A DNA stretch of 64,000 nucleotides from Octopus sinensis. Taxonomy: Eukaryota. The position numbers were made by a program, and so were the translations under genes. Where the stretch lies: NCBI RefSeq assembly GCF_006345805.1, contig NC_042997.1:165168001-165232000 (forward strand), written 5' to 3'. Below the pieces are notes generated by a model that was not told where the DNA came from, did not search any database, and was given only the letters and a program-made list of their open reading frames with translations. Within the stretch, counting starts at the first letter, position 1. Each line of letters starts with the position of its first letter. Of the stretch, positions 1 to 11,046 are shown piece by piece.

Positions 1-761
1 AAGAGAAAAAGATGTTTTATAAACACGTTCTACCAGTATACGAAGTTTAAAAGTGTTTAGTTACGTGGAAATTATTTTTAAAAACTGCCGGTCAAACCGA
101 AAAGATCCGATGAGAAAATATATAGATTTTGACATAATTCACTGATTATTAAAATAATGACGAGAGAAAAATTTCCTAGGGATGCCTTGTGCATGAAGAG
201 AATGTAAGTTAAGTGTGAAGTCGCTAACAAAATGTAGTATTTTAATTTTTTGTATTGATGAAAATGATACCCGTAACGAAGGCAAAAGCTTTAACGACTG
301 AGATAAGAGCGGTAAATCTGAGATCCAAGTTATCTAAAACTTGATTGATGAGGATCCGCTAAATGGTCACTCAATCTGCTGGGAAACGCAGTCATAACTA
401 TCTCAAGAATACTTTACTGTCTTATAAAGGAGAGACACGTCTGATAATGTAGTCCTAAATGCAGTGACTAACAGACAAAATGGGATGGTCACAGCTGGAA
501 CACCTTTGACCACTGGTCGGTTCGAATATAGCTGACCAAGTGCTAAACAATGTCACACCTATTTTAATTGATTTCTTTATTAGCCACAAGGGCTCGATAT
601 AGATGGGGACAAACAAGGACAGACAGGACACCACAGAGGGGACAATACATAGAACGAATATGATTAAGATGATTATATAACAACGGGGTTATGAATGGCT
701 GCATGCGCCCCTCATCACATGCATTACCATTAATCTTTTTAAACTGTCCGTTTTTATCATG

Positions 762-1195
762 TACTAGCAGCATAGTCCGGCGTTGCCCGGGTATGTAAGA
801 GCCCCTAGTAGGCAACGGCTAATCCCAATCGGGTCCTTTCTCTCTAGGGAAAGAAGGCGCATGTGTAGGTTGCAATGTCTTCTCTTCACTCGAATACTTC
901 TGTGTATACGATGTTCCTAGCTGTCCCTTTGGGCGATAAAAAGGTCGAGTTGTGTCCCCTAGACAGAAAATGTGTTGCATATAAAAAGCTTAGATTCTCG
1001 ACCCCATGTCGAATTTATCGAATTTTTCAGAACTGGGGGAACTTTTCAAAATTTTCGCTGCGTCAATTTTGAATTATGACATTGGACTATGTGTGTGTCA
1101 AGTTTCATCAGAATCGGTTGAAAGCCGTGGTCAGGGTGAGGGTACAACCTGACAGACACACAGACAGACAAACTGCCGTTTATATATAGAGAGAT
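762..1195 (+). mobile_element. Non-autonomous Helentron-associated element (HINE/DINE-1-like)
   Basis: 5' TACTAGCAGCATAGTCCGGCGTTGCCCGGG; 3' part AAGTTTCATCAGAATCGGTTG, (GACA)n and GCCGTTTATATATAGA. Both ends resemble the copy at 26008-26373. No ORF. Confidence 0.6.
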
Positions 1196-4026
1196 TTACA
1201 TAACAATTAATTATCGTATACCATTACAATTATTTGAACCGTTATATACGTTCTCTAAAATTGTTCTATTTTTCAATATTTTTAAACATAACATAAAACA
1301 CTTGCTATTTCTTTATTCCTTTTTTTCCTCCTTTTTCGTTTTTCTTTTCTTTTTTTCCTGTCAATTTAACATACTTATTTACTTTTTAGTAGTATTTCAT
1401 CAGTGTTTCAATTTCTACTAAATCCACTACTGGTTGCAATTCTTTGAATTCCACCCTTACTCTTGGTGGGTCAGTTATTATCTCCACACATTTCTTTCAG
1501 TCTCTTGTAATTTTCCTTTTCGATCACTATCGCCTTCATATCCTCTGCATATATGTATGCTGGTACTTTTAGTCTTACTATTTGATTAAACTTGACTATC
1601 TTCTTCTCTGTTTCTACATTCTTTGGATACATCACGTAATACCATACTCCATTTCCTCCTTGTATTTTCTTTCCTTTATTTTGAACTCTCTGTTCTCTCT
1701 TTTCCTCCTCCACTCTAAATAGTCTCTCCAACTCTTCTTCGGCCAGCTGAATGTCCGAGTCCTTTTCTACCGGTACAACTGGTGTTCACCTTGAAAAGCT
1801 GGAGCTGTCATTAATGATGTAGCGACATTTATTTCAAGAAAAAAAAAACTACTGAACCTCTTTGATGCAATTAATACGTAATCACAGAAATGATGAATCC
1901 TTAAGCGATCGTTTAATATGCTAGAAATGATAGCAAACTTTACATTGAATCAAATCTTACGATCTTAAAAATGAAGGTCAAATTAACTAATACTGTTATA
2001 ATTGCACTATATCTGACATTAAAATGTGTTGGTTATGGTTGGAATGCCATTCATCTAAAGTCTGCTCGATAAATGGGGTGGGAGATAATTAAGCACATTT
2101 CGGACTGCTTCTGAATCTCACCAAGTAGTTTATTAAATAGTTGCATTGATGAGCAATGGATTCATATTTCTAATGATATTTTAGGGATTAATTGTCAATG
2201 TTTACATCACTGATTCCCAATCTCAGAGTGGTTATCTTGACCAATGTAAATATGCATTTGGGTGAGGTAACATCAGTAGACTAGCGAAGTGAGTCTCGGT
2301 TTCATGTTTCCATTAACATAATATGAATCATTACACTTCAAGAAAGGTAACAGGTCTTAAGTGGAAAAATATATTAAGACTTACACCTACGTAATTTTAA
2401 TGCATCGTACTGCTCTGAGCCAAAAATATGAAGAACCAATTGCAAACCACTAAACCGTAAATAGACGTTTGTAGCTGATGCTAATTCATTTCAAAAATAA
2501 AATTTCTGCTCTAAAAGAGTGCTATGGTGTATCATGAGAGATCAACCCTGCTCATGCTAAGTTATTTTAGCTTAGTTTAGTTTAGAGTGAGTATGTTACT
2601 ATGCTGAATTAGACCCGTATTTCTCCCGTGGTGGCAATTGATTAATCTTAGAGGGGCACATATTTTTGTTATCGCAATGATATAATATGCATATTTGTTA
2701 TACAGTATATGATAAATTTGAACCTAAAAAATTGTTTATAAAATTAAAACAGCTGCATACGAAGAAAATCTTTTGCACAAGATTAAAAAAAATCTGCTTC
2801 GATTCTGTATCATTTGTTCATTTCTTTTTAAAGGCAACGTGAACAAGATGGCGTGCACGTTTTTTTGAAGCTTCGATCGATGCTAAGGTCTATCAGTGGT
2901 TTTTGTTAAATACATTATTAAATTTATATGAATAAATATTAAATTGAAATAATTTTTATTGCTTTGTAAATTTTACTCAAATGAATTAATTTTTATTGTT
3001 TTACAGATTTTAGCTCTTAATTCAATATTCAATAACAAAAAAAAAATAAGAAAACCTCTAAAATCGATAATTAGAATAAGAACGTCTAGGCATATGTTTT
3101 TCTTTCTTGAGAGAAATGAATTTAAAAAGACTATAGTCTGTCTGCTTCTTTTTTAAGATCTTATAATATTTCAATTTACATTTAACTCAATAAAAATTAA
3201 ATTCCATATTTAAATGCCTAAAATTTTACTGGTACGGAAGAATAACCATAATTTCACAACTTCACAATATTCAAGATTCATCCTTTTGAATCTGTTACTG
3301 AATAATTTATAAATTTAAATTATTTTAACAGACGGATAAAAAGTATCAATCTATAAATTTTCAATATTATCTAGAAATACTAAAGAAGGAGCTGCTCATT
3401 TTTCAAGACGGTGGCCAATCCCCTAAGCCCCATTTACCTACAGTTATATACTGCAGTCTAGTGCACATCTCTATTTCAGTGTCGGCAATAATTTCTGCAC
3501 AGTCAGGCGTCATGTCGACCTTAGCCATTTCTTGCACTTGATAACCAATCCAGCACAAAACGTATTGCTTCTTCGCAACAGTTTTACACTTGATTGTGGT
3601 ATGGTGCGCATTAAAGATACGCTGCTTAAGACCTTGGTGCGTCAAGTTTACCAAGTGCAGCTCCCCATGATGTTGTCACTCATGACAGATTTATCGCAAT
3701 TGAGTCAGTGTACTGTCAGTATCATTCTAGAAGCAGCAGTGAATGGGCGTATATTGTGCAGTAACTCTGTGGCTAAATGTAATGGAAGCTTCCTCACATG
3801 TAATTTCCATAAACTCGGTTCTGTATTAGTGACAACAATGAGCAATAATGTAATTTAGACTTAATTGAACTGATAAGTAATGTTTATTCATTTTTCAGCT
3901 GACAAGTAGTCAATGTTTTTGCGTGTTTATTTTTTCAGATAAGTAAACTGAGCTTGTATGATCGAACGCTTCAGCCTTCAGACTAAGATATCATCTACGA
4001 CTTTAAAATACACACCATGTGGCTGA

Positions 4027-5545
4027 AAATACGTGGAAACATAGCTACATCATGGTTTCATGGAATTCAAAGACAGAGAAGAGCGTGGGCAGCTGTAAAG
4101 TTGCCCACGTGAAAACATTTTGTCAAATGAGAACATGTAACCAAAGAAACTACCGGGGCCATCTTCGTAACGTCCTCCGTATTGCATAAGATAACTTTGT
4201 AACTCTCATCCCCAATGTTTAGATCTTGTAGGTTTATATTTAACTGTCAAGCAAACCAGCACAATCTGCGCATTTTGCGTTGTAGCATATATAAGAATGT
4301 TGTAGAAAAAAATCCCATACTACAACGGAGAAATTGGTCGAGCCTGGGGTTGAAATTCTTGGGCGAAGCATGAGGTGAAAGTAAAACAAAGAAGCTGTCA
4401 TGAGTTCTCTCTGCAAGAACATCATTCGGCGCCGGTTAGACGAGATGGCGTAGAATATTGAGATGCGCGATAATACATAAGTTTGCGTTCAACTCGATGA
4501 GTCACTGATACTTGTAACTGTACTCAAATGAACTGCTTTACTTATAAATTATTGATGATCAGCTGAAAGATGAGCACGTATTCAACCTTCCGCTAGAAAC
4601 AACAGCGACGATATGAGACCTTATTAACGATGCTTCAATCTACTTTGCAAAATAAGGAATATAGTGGGGAAAACTAGAACACATTTGGCGAGATGTAGCA
4701 TTGGCTATGCTCGGAGTAAAATGCAGTTTTGTTGTATTTGCAAAGAAAGGTCTTTCGCCTACCAGCGATCATTTCACTACTTACTGCCAAGCTATTGTTG
4801 TCCAAAACTTTACTGAGTTAAGATATTTACTATAATTTGTGTCTTACATGTAATCCATTATATAAAAAGTTGAAGACTTAATACTCGTTAGTTTAGGGTG
4901 CTGTGTGAAAATTTTGACTCCATACACGTGGAAATATTTTCGGTCACAGAGATGAGAAGCTTGTCTCGAAGCAACTTTTCGGTTTCGAAATTTTAAAGAG
5001 CGATCGGAAATAGCGGACATTTTGCTGCAAAAACAGACACTAAAAGCATTGCCTTTCATGACAACATCGCACGCCTCTCTATTCTATTAGAGATATTTCG
5101 AGAGGTGAATTTGTTGAATTGCTCTCTACAGGAAAAGTATTCTTCCATTATATGAGATAAGATGAATTATTTTTACCAATAGATGAGTCAATAACAACGA
5201 CCTGACTATGTTTACCCGGCTAGAACACTTTCTTCAGATTAGCGACATTCAATGCCTGACAACCAAAACTGGTGGACATCTGCTCATATTCAAAACGTCA
5301 ATGACATAACATTTTCCCGAACACAAGATTTTACTGAGGAACATGCATGAATAAAGATCGAATTCTTGAAGATAGGAAAGGCTTCCGAGACAAAGGCTTC
5401 CAAGACACATAAGACACTGACGTTGTCGAACGTTTCGCATATTTTTAGAATCATCATCAAACAGTGGGAAACCCAGTGCAAATTAGTCAGGTTACTGAGG
5501 TGCATCTGTTTCTCAGCAAAGTATTATGTCCAGTCGAAGACTAAA
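4027..5545 (+). mobile_element. Decayed hAT-superfamily (Buster/Charlie, ZBED5-like) transposase
   Basis: Hand translation across stops and frameshifts gives colinear motifs: ENILSNENM*PKKL (BED-finger region), KKSHTTTEKLVEP, NIIRRRLDEMA, (F/V)xQLDES, WRDVALAMLG (for CTDGAPAMLG), HYIKS*RLNTR*FRVLCE..HVEIFSVTEMRSLSR (for HTEVRWLSRG), EIFREVNLLNCSLQ and CICFSAKYYVQSKTK. Confidence 0.85.
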
Positions 5546-5750
5546 CATATCTGTGTGTGTGCGTGTGTGTGTGTATGTAAATGTGCGTGTGTGTGTATGT
5601 GCATGTGCGTGTGTGTGTACATGCATGTGTGTGCACGTGTGTGTACGTATATATGTATAATATATATATGCATGTATGCGTGTATGTATATATATATATA
5701 TATATATATATACATAACGTATGTATGTATGTATATATATATATATATAT
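5546..5750. repeat. Compound (GT)n/(TA)n/(TATG)n microsatellite
   Basis: Seen directly; forms the left flank of the hammerhead array. Confidence 0.95.
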
Positions 5751-5893
5751 AAGTTTAACAATTAAGGATAATCTCTTAATAAGGGATCTTAACAAGAAAT
5801 TATCGGGTAGCTAGCGTGAAAACCTCATAAAAGAAAAGAATCCGAAAATAATTTTTTTCTTTTGAACAAATTAATTATATCTATATTGTATAA
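5749..5893 (-). repeat. Inverted partial copy (~145 bp) of the 477-bp unit junction
   Basis: Reverse complement of TTATACAATATAG...CTACCCGATAATTTCTTGTTAAGATCCC...GTTAAACTTAT; abuts the array start at 5896. Confidence 0.95.
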
Positions 5894-6102
5894 GATCTTG
5901 TTAAGATCCCTTATTAAGAGATTATCCTTAATTGTTAAACTTATTCCGAAATACTTTTCATTACCCGACATGCAGTTCGTAAAAAGCCCGCCATTTACCG
6001 GATATATGATTTATAAACATTCCATGTGCTTGGCCGGAGTGAACAGTTGTCTGTTCGTCTTCGCTACATAAGGTTGGTTTATTTATGATGTATTCAGAAT
6101 CA

Positions 6103-6158
6103 GTTCTGCTGACGATCATTAGACGCAAGTTGTATGTGAAATCACGGTGATACAGAAC
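6103..6158 (+). ncRNA. Type I hammerhead ribozyme motif, copy 1
   Basis: Stem I GTTCTG(6103-08)/CAGAAC(6153-58), extendable by GAAT/ATTC past an internal loop; core CTGACGA 6109-15; bulged stem II 6116-37 capped by GCAA; GAAA 6138-41; stem III ATCA-CGG-TGAT; predicted cleavage after AUA at 6152. Confidence 0.85.
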
Positions 6159-6579
6159 ATAATTCATTTTTAAATGTCTTGCTTTGAAAAACTGCATTTG
6201 GGTATGATTAGTATAATTTTTGGTAGTAATGACTTTGTCCCTCCTAGTGTGAGGCATTTATGTGTAATAATGCCCTTTATACAATATAGATATAATTAAT
6301 TTGTTCAAAAGAAAAAAATTATTTTCGGATTCTTTTCTTTTATGAGGTTTTCACGCTAGCTACCCGATAATTTCTTGTTAAGATCCCTTATTAAGAGATT
6401 ATCCTTAATTGTTAAACTTATTCCGAAATACTTTTCATTACCCGACATGCAGTTCGTAAAAAGCCCGCCATTTACCGGATATATGATTTATAAACATTCC
6501 ATGTGCTTGGCCGGAGTGAACAGTTGTCTGTTCGTCTTCGCTACATAAGGTTGGTTTATTTATGATGTATTCAGAATCA

Positions 6580-6635
6580 GTTCTGCTGACGATCATTAGA
6601 CGCAAGTTGTATGTGAAATCACGGTGATACAGAAC
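6580..6635 (+). ncRNA. Type I hammerhead ribozyme motif, copy 2
   Basis: Identical to copy 1. Confidence 0.85.
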
Positions 6636-7056
6636 ATAATTCATTTTTAAATGTCTTGCTTTGAAAAACTGCATTTGGGTATGATTAGTATAATTTTTGG
6701 TAGTAATGACTTTGTCCCTCCTAGTGTGAGGCATTTATGTGTAATAATGCCCTTTATACAATATAGATATAATTAATTTGTTCAAAAGAAAAAAATTATT
6801 TTCGGATTCTTTTCTTTTATGAGGTTTTCACGCTAGCTACCCGATAATTTCTTGTTAAGATCCCTTATTAAGAGATTATCCTTAATTGTTAAACTTATTC
6901 CGAAATACTTTTCATTACCCGACATGCAGTTCGTAAAAAGCCCGCCATTTACCGGATATATGATTTATAAACATTCCATGTGCTTGGCCGGAGTGAACAG
7001 TTGTCTGTTCGTCTTCGCTACATAAGGTTGGTTTATTTATGATGTATTCAGAATCA

Positions 7057-7112
7057 GTTCTGCTGACGATCATTAGACGCAAGTTGTATGTGAAATCACG
7101 GTGATACAGAAC
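7057..7112 (+). ncRNA. Type I hammerhead ribozyme motif, copy 3
   Basis: Identical to copy 1. Confidence 0.85.
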
Positions 7113-7532
7113 ATAATTCATTTTTAAATGTCTTGCTTTGAAAAACTGCATTTGGGTATGATTAGTATAATTTTTGGTAGTAATGACTTTGTCCCTCCTA
7201 GTGTGAGGCATTTATGTGTAATAATGCCCTTTATACAATATAGATATAATTAATTTGTTCAAAAGAAAAAAATTATTTTCGGATTCTTTTCTTTTATGAG
7301 GTTTTCACGCTAGCTACCCGATAATTTCTTGTTAAGATCCCTTATTAAGAGATTATCCTTAATTGTTAAACTTATTCCGAAATACTTTTCATTACCGACA
7401 TGCAGTTCGTAAAAAGCCCGCCATTTACCGGATATATGATTTATAAACATTCCATGTGCTTGGCCGGAGTGAACAGTTGTCTGTTCGTCTTCGCTACATA
7501 AGGTTGGTTTATTTATGATGTATTCAGAATCA

Positions 7533-7588
7533 GTTCTGCTGACGATCATTAGACGCAAGTTGTATGTGAAATCACGGTGATACAGAAC
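7533..7588 (+). ncRNA. Type I hammerhead ribozyme motif, copy 4
   Basis: Identical to copy 1. Confidence 0.85.
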
Positions 7589-8009
7589 ATAATTCATTTT
7601 TAAATGTCTTGCTTTGAAAAACTGCATTTGGGTATGATTAGTATAATTTTTGGTAGTAATGACTTTGTCCCTCCTAGTGTGAGGCATTTATGTGTAATAA
7701 TGCCCTTTATACAATATAGATATAATTAATTTGTTCAAAAGAAAAAAATTATTTTCGGATTCTTTTCTTTTATGAGGTTTTCACGCTAGCTACCCGATAA
7801 TTTCTTGTTAAGATCCCTTATTAAGAGATTATCCTTAATTGTTAAACTTATTCCGAAATACTTTTCATTACCCGACATGCAGTTCGTAAAAAGCCCGCCA
7901 TTTACCGGATATATGATTTATAAACATTCCATGTGCTTGGCCGGAGTGAACAGTTGTCTGTTCGTCTTCGCTACATAAGGTTGGTTTATTTATGATGTAT
8001 TCAGAATCA

Positions 8010-8065
8010 GTTCTGCTGACGATCATTAGACGCAAGTTGTATGTGAAATCACGGTGATACAGAAC
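8010..8065 (+). ncRNA. Type I hammerhead ribozyme motif, copy 5
   Basis: Identical to copy 1. Confidence 0.85.
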
Positions 8066-8484
8066 ATAATTCATTTTTAAATGTCTTGCTTTGAAAAACT
8101 GCATTTGGGTATGATTAGTATAATTTTTGTAGTAATGACTTTGTCCCTCCTAGTGTGAGGCATTTATGTGTAATAATGCCCTTTATACAATATAGATATA
8201 ATTAATTTGTTCAAAAGAAAAAAATTATTTTCGGATTCTTTTCTTTTATGAGGTTTTCACGCTAGCTACCCGATAATTTCTTGTTAAGATCCCTTATTAA
8301 GAGATTATCCTTAATTGTTAAACTTATTCCGAAATACTTTTCATTACCCGACATGCAGTTCGTAAAAAGCCCGCCATTACCGGATATATGATTTATAAAC
8401 ATTCCATGTGCTTGGCCGGAGTGAACAGTTGTCTGTTCGTCTTCGCTACATAAGGTTGGTTTATTTATGATGTATTCAGAATCA

Positions 8485-8540
8485 GTTCTGCTGACGATCA
8501 TTAGACGCAAGTTGTATGTGAAATCACGGTGATACAGAAC
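8485..8540 (+). ncRNA. Type I hammerhead ribozyme motif, copy 6
   Basis: Identical to copy 1. Confidence 0.85.
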
Positions 8541-8959
8541 ATAATTCATTTTTAAATGTCTTGCTTTGAAAAACTGCATTTGGGTATGATTAGTATAATT
8601 TTTGGTAGTAATGACTTTGTCCCTCCTAGTGTGAGGCATTATGTGTAATAATGCCCTTTATACAATATAGATATAATTAATTTGTTCAAAAGAAAAAAAT
8701 TATTTTCGGATTCTTTTCTTTTATGAGGTTTTCACGCTAGCTACCCGATAATTCTTGTTAAGATCCCTTATTAAGAGATTATCCTTAATTGTTAAACTTA
8801 TTCCGAAATACTTTTCATTACCCGACATGCAGTTCGTAAAAAGCCCGCCATTTACCGGATATATGATTTATAAACATTCCATGTGCTTGGCCGGAGTGAA
8901 CAGTTGTCTGTTCGTCTTCGCTACATAAGGTTGGTTTATTTATGATGTATTCAGAATCA

Positions 8960-9015
8960 GTTCTGCTGACGATCATTAGACGCAAGTTGTATGTGAAATC
9001 ACGGTGATACAGAAC
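8960..9015 (+). ncRNA. Type I hammerhead ribozyme motif, copy 7
   Basis: Identical to copy 1. Confidence 0.85.
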
Positions 9016-9434
9016 ATAATTCATTTTTAAATGTCTTGCTTTGAAAAACTGCATTTGGGTATGATTAGTATAATTTTTGGTAGTAATGACTTTGTCCCTC
9101 CTAGTGTGAGGCATTTATGTGTAATAATGCCCTTTATACAATATAGATATAATTAATTTGTTCAAAAGAAAAAAATTATTTTCGGATTCTTTTCTTTTAT
9201 GAGGTTTTCACGCTAGCTACCCGATAATTCTTGTTAAGATCCCTTATTAAGAGATTATCCTTAATTGTTAAACTTATTCCGAAATACTTTTCATTACCCG
9301 ACATGCAGTTCGTAAAAAGCCCGCCATTTACGGATATATGATTTATAAACATTCCATGTGCTTGGCCGGAGTGAACAGTTGTCTGTTCGTCTTCGCTACA
9401 TAAGGTTGGTTTATTTATGATGTATTCAGAATCA

Positions 9435-9490
9435 GTTCTGCTGACGATCATTAGACGCAAGTTGTATGTGAAATCACGGTGATACAGAAC
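9435..9490 (+). ncRNA. Type I hammerhead ribozyme motif, copy 8
   Basis: Identical to copy 1. Confidence 0.85.
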
Positions 9491-9908
9491 ATAATTCATT
9501 TTTAAATGTCTTGCTTTGAAAAACTGCATTTGGGTATGATTAGTATAATTTTTGGTAGTAATGACTTTGTCCCTCCTAGTGTGAGGCATTATGTGTAATA
9601 ATGCCCTTTATACAATATAGATATAATTAATTTGTTCAAAAGAAAAAAATTATTTTCGGATTCTTTTCTTTTATGAGGTTTTCACGCTAGCTACCCGATA
9701 ATTTCTTGTTAAGATCCCTTATTAAGAGATTATCCTTAATTGTTAAACTTATTCCGAAATACTTTTCATTACCCGACATGCAGTTCGTAAAAAGCCCGCC
9801 ATTTACCGGATATATGATTATAAACATTCCATGTGCTTGGCCGGAGTGAACAGTTGTCTGTTCGTCTTCGCTACATAAGGTGGTTTATTTATGATGTATT
9901 CAGAATCA

Positions 9909-9964
9909 GTTCTGCTGACGATCATTAGACGCAAGTTGTATGTGAAATCACGGTGATACAGAAC
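9909..9964 (+). ncRNA. Type I hammerhead ribozyme motif, copy 9
   Basis: Identical to copy 1. Confidence 0.85.
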
Positions 9965-10384
9965 ATAATTCATTTTTAAATGTCTTGCTTTGAAAAACTG
10001 CATTTGGGTATGATTAGTATAATTTTTGGTAGTAATGACTTTGTCCCTCCTAGTGTGAGGCATTATGTGTAATAATGCCCTTTATACAATATAGATATAA
10101 TTAATTTGTTCAAAAGAAAAAAATTATTTTCGGATTCTTTTCTTTTATGAGGTTTTCACGCTAGCTACCCGATAATTTCTTGTTAAGATCCCTTATTAAG
10201 AGATTATCCTTAATTGTTAAACTTATTCCGAAATACTTTTCATTACCCGACATGCAGTTCGTAAAAAGCCCGCCATTTACCGGATATATGATTTATAAAC
10301 ATTCCATGTGCTTGGCCGGAGTGAACAGTTGTCTGTTCGTCTTCGCTACATAAGGTTGGTTTATTTATGATGTATTCAGAATCA

Positions 10385-10440
10385 GTTCTGCTGACGATCA
10401 TTAGACGCAAGTTGTATGTGAAATCACGGTGATACAGAAC
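10385..10440 (+). ncRNA. Type I hammerhead ribozyme motif, copy 10
   Basis: Identical to copy 1. Confidence 0.85.
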
Positions 10441-10860
10441 ATAATTCATTTTTAAATGTCTTGCTTTGAAAAACTGCATTTGGGTATGATTAGTATAATT
10501 TTTGTAGTAATGACTTTGTCCCTCCTAGTGTGAGGCATTTATGTGTAATAATGCCCTTTATACAATATAGATATAATTAATTTGTTCAAAAGAAAAAAAT
10601 TATTTTCGGATTCTTTTCTTTTATGAGGTTTTCACGCTAGCTACCCGATAATTTCTTGTTAAGATCCCTTATTAAGAGATTATCCTTAATTGTTAAACTT
10701 ATTCCGAAATACTTTTCATTACCCGACATGCAGTTCGTAAAAAGCCCGCCATTTACCGGATATATGATTTATAAACATTCCATGTGCTTGGCCGGAGTGA
10801 ACAGTTGTCTGTTCGTCTTCGCTACATAAGGTTGGTTTATTTATGATGTATTCAGAATCA

Positions 10861-10916
10861 GTTCTGCTGACGATCATTAGACGCAAGTTGTATGTGAAAT
10901 CACGGTGATACAGAAC
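10861..10916 (+). ncRNA. Type I hammerhead ribozyme motif, copy 11
   Basis: Identical to copy 1. Confidence 0.85.
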
Positions 10917-11046
10917 ATAATTCATTTTTAAATGTCTTGCTTTGAAAAACTGCATTTGGGTATGATTAGTATAATTTTTGGTAGTAATGACTTTGTCCCT
11001 CCTAGTGTGAGGCATTTATGTGTAATAATGCCCTTTATACAATATA

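Noticed and set aside
1471-1810. Lys/Glu-rich minus ORF (MERLFRVEEEK...) as a host exon or TE ORF1
   Set aside because: No recognisable motif or clear splice context; stops follow shortly. It could be a decayed ORF1/gag but is unsupported.
7380-10520. Single-base differences between array copies as biological divergence
   Set aside because: Nearly all are 1-bp deletions in short runs, the pattern of long-read error. True copy number and homogeneity need raw reads.
5961-11015. Repeated 98-130-aa minus-strand ORFs (MPHTRRDKV...) as a tandem gene family
   Set aside because: They come from the satellite unit, have no recognisable domain, change length with 1-bp indels, and their frame is not conserved against the 494-bp relative.
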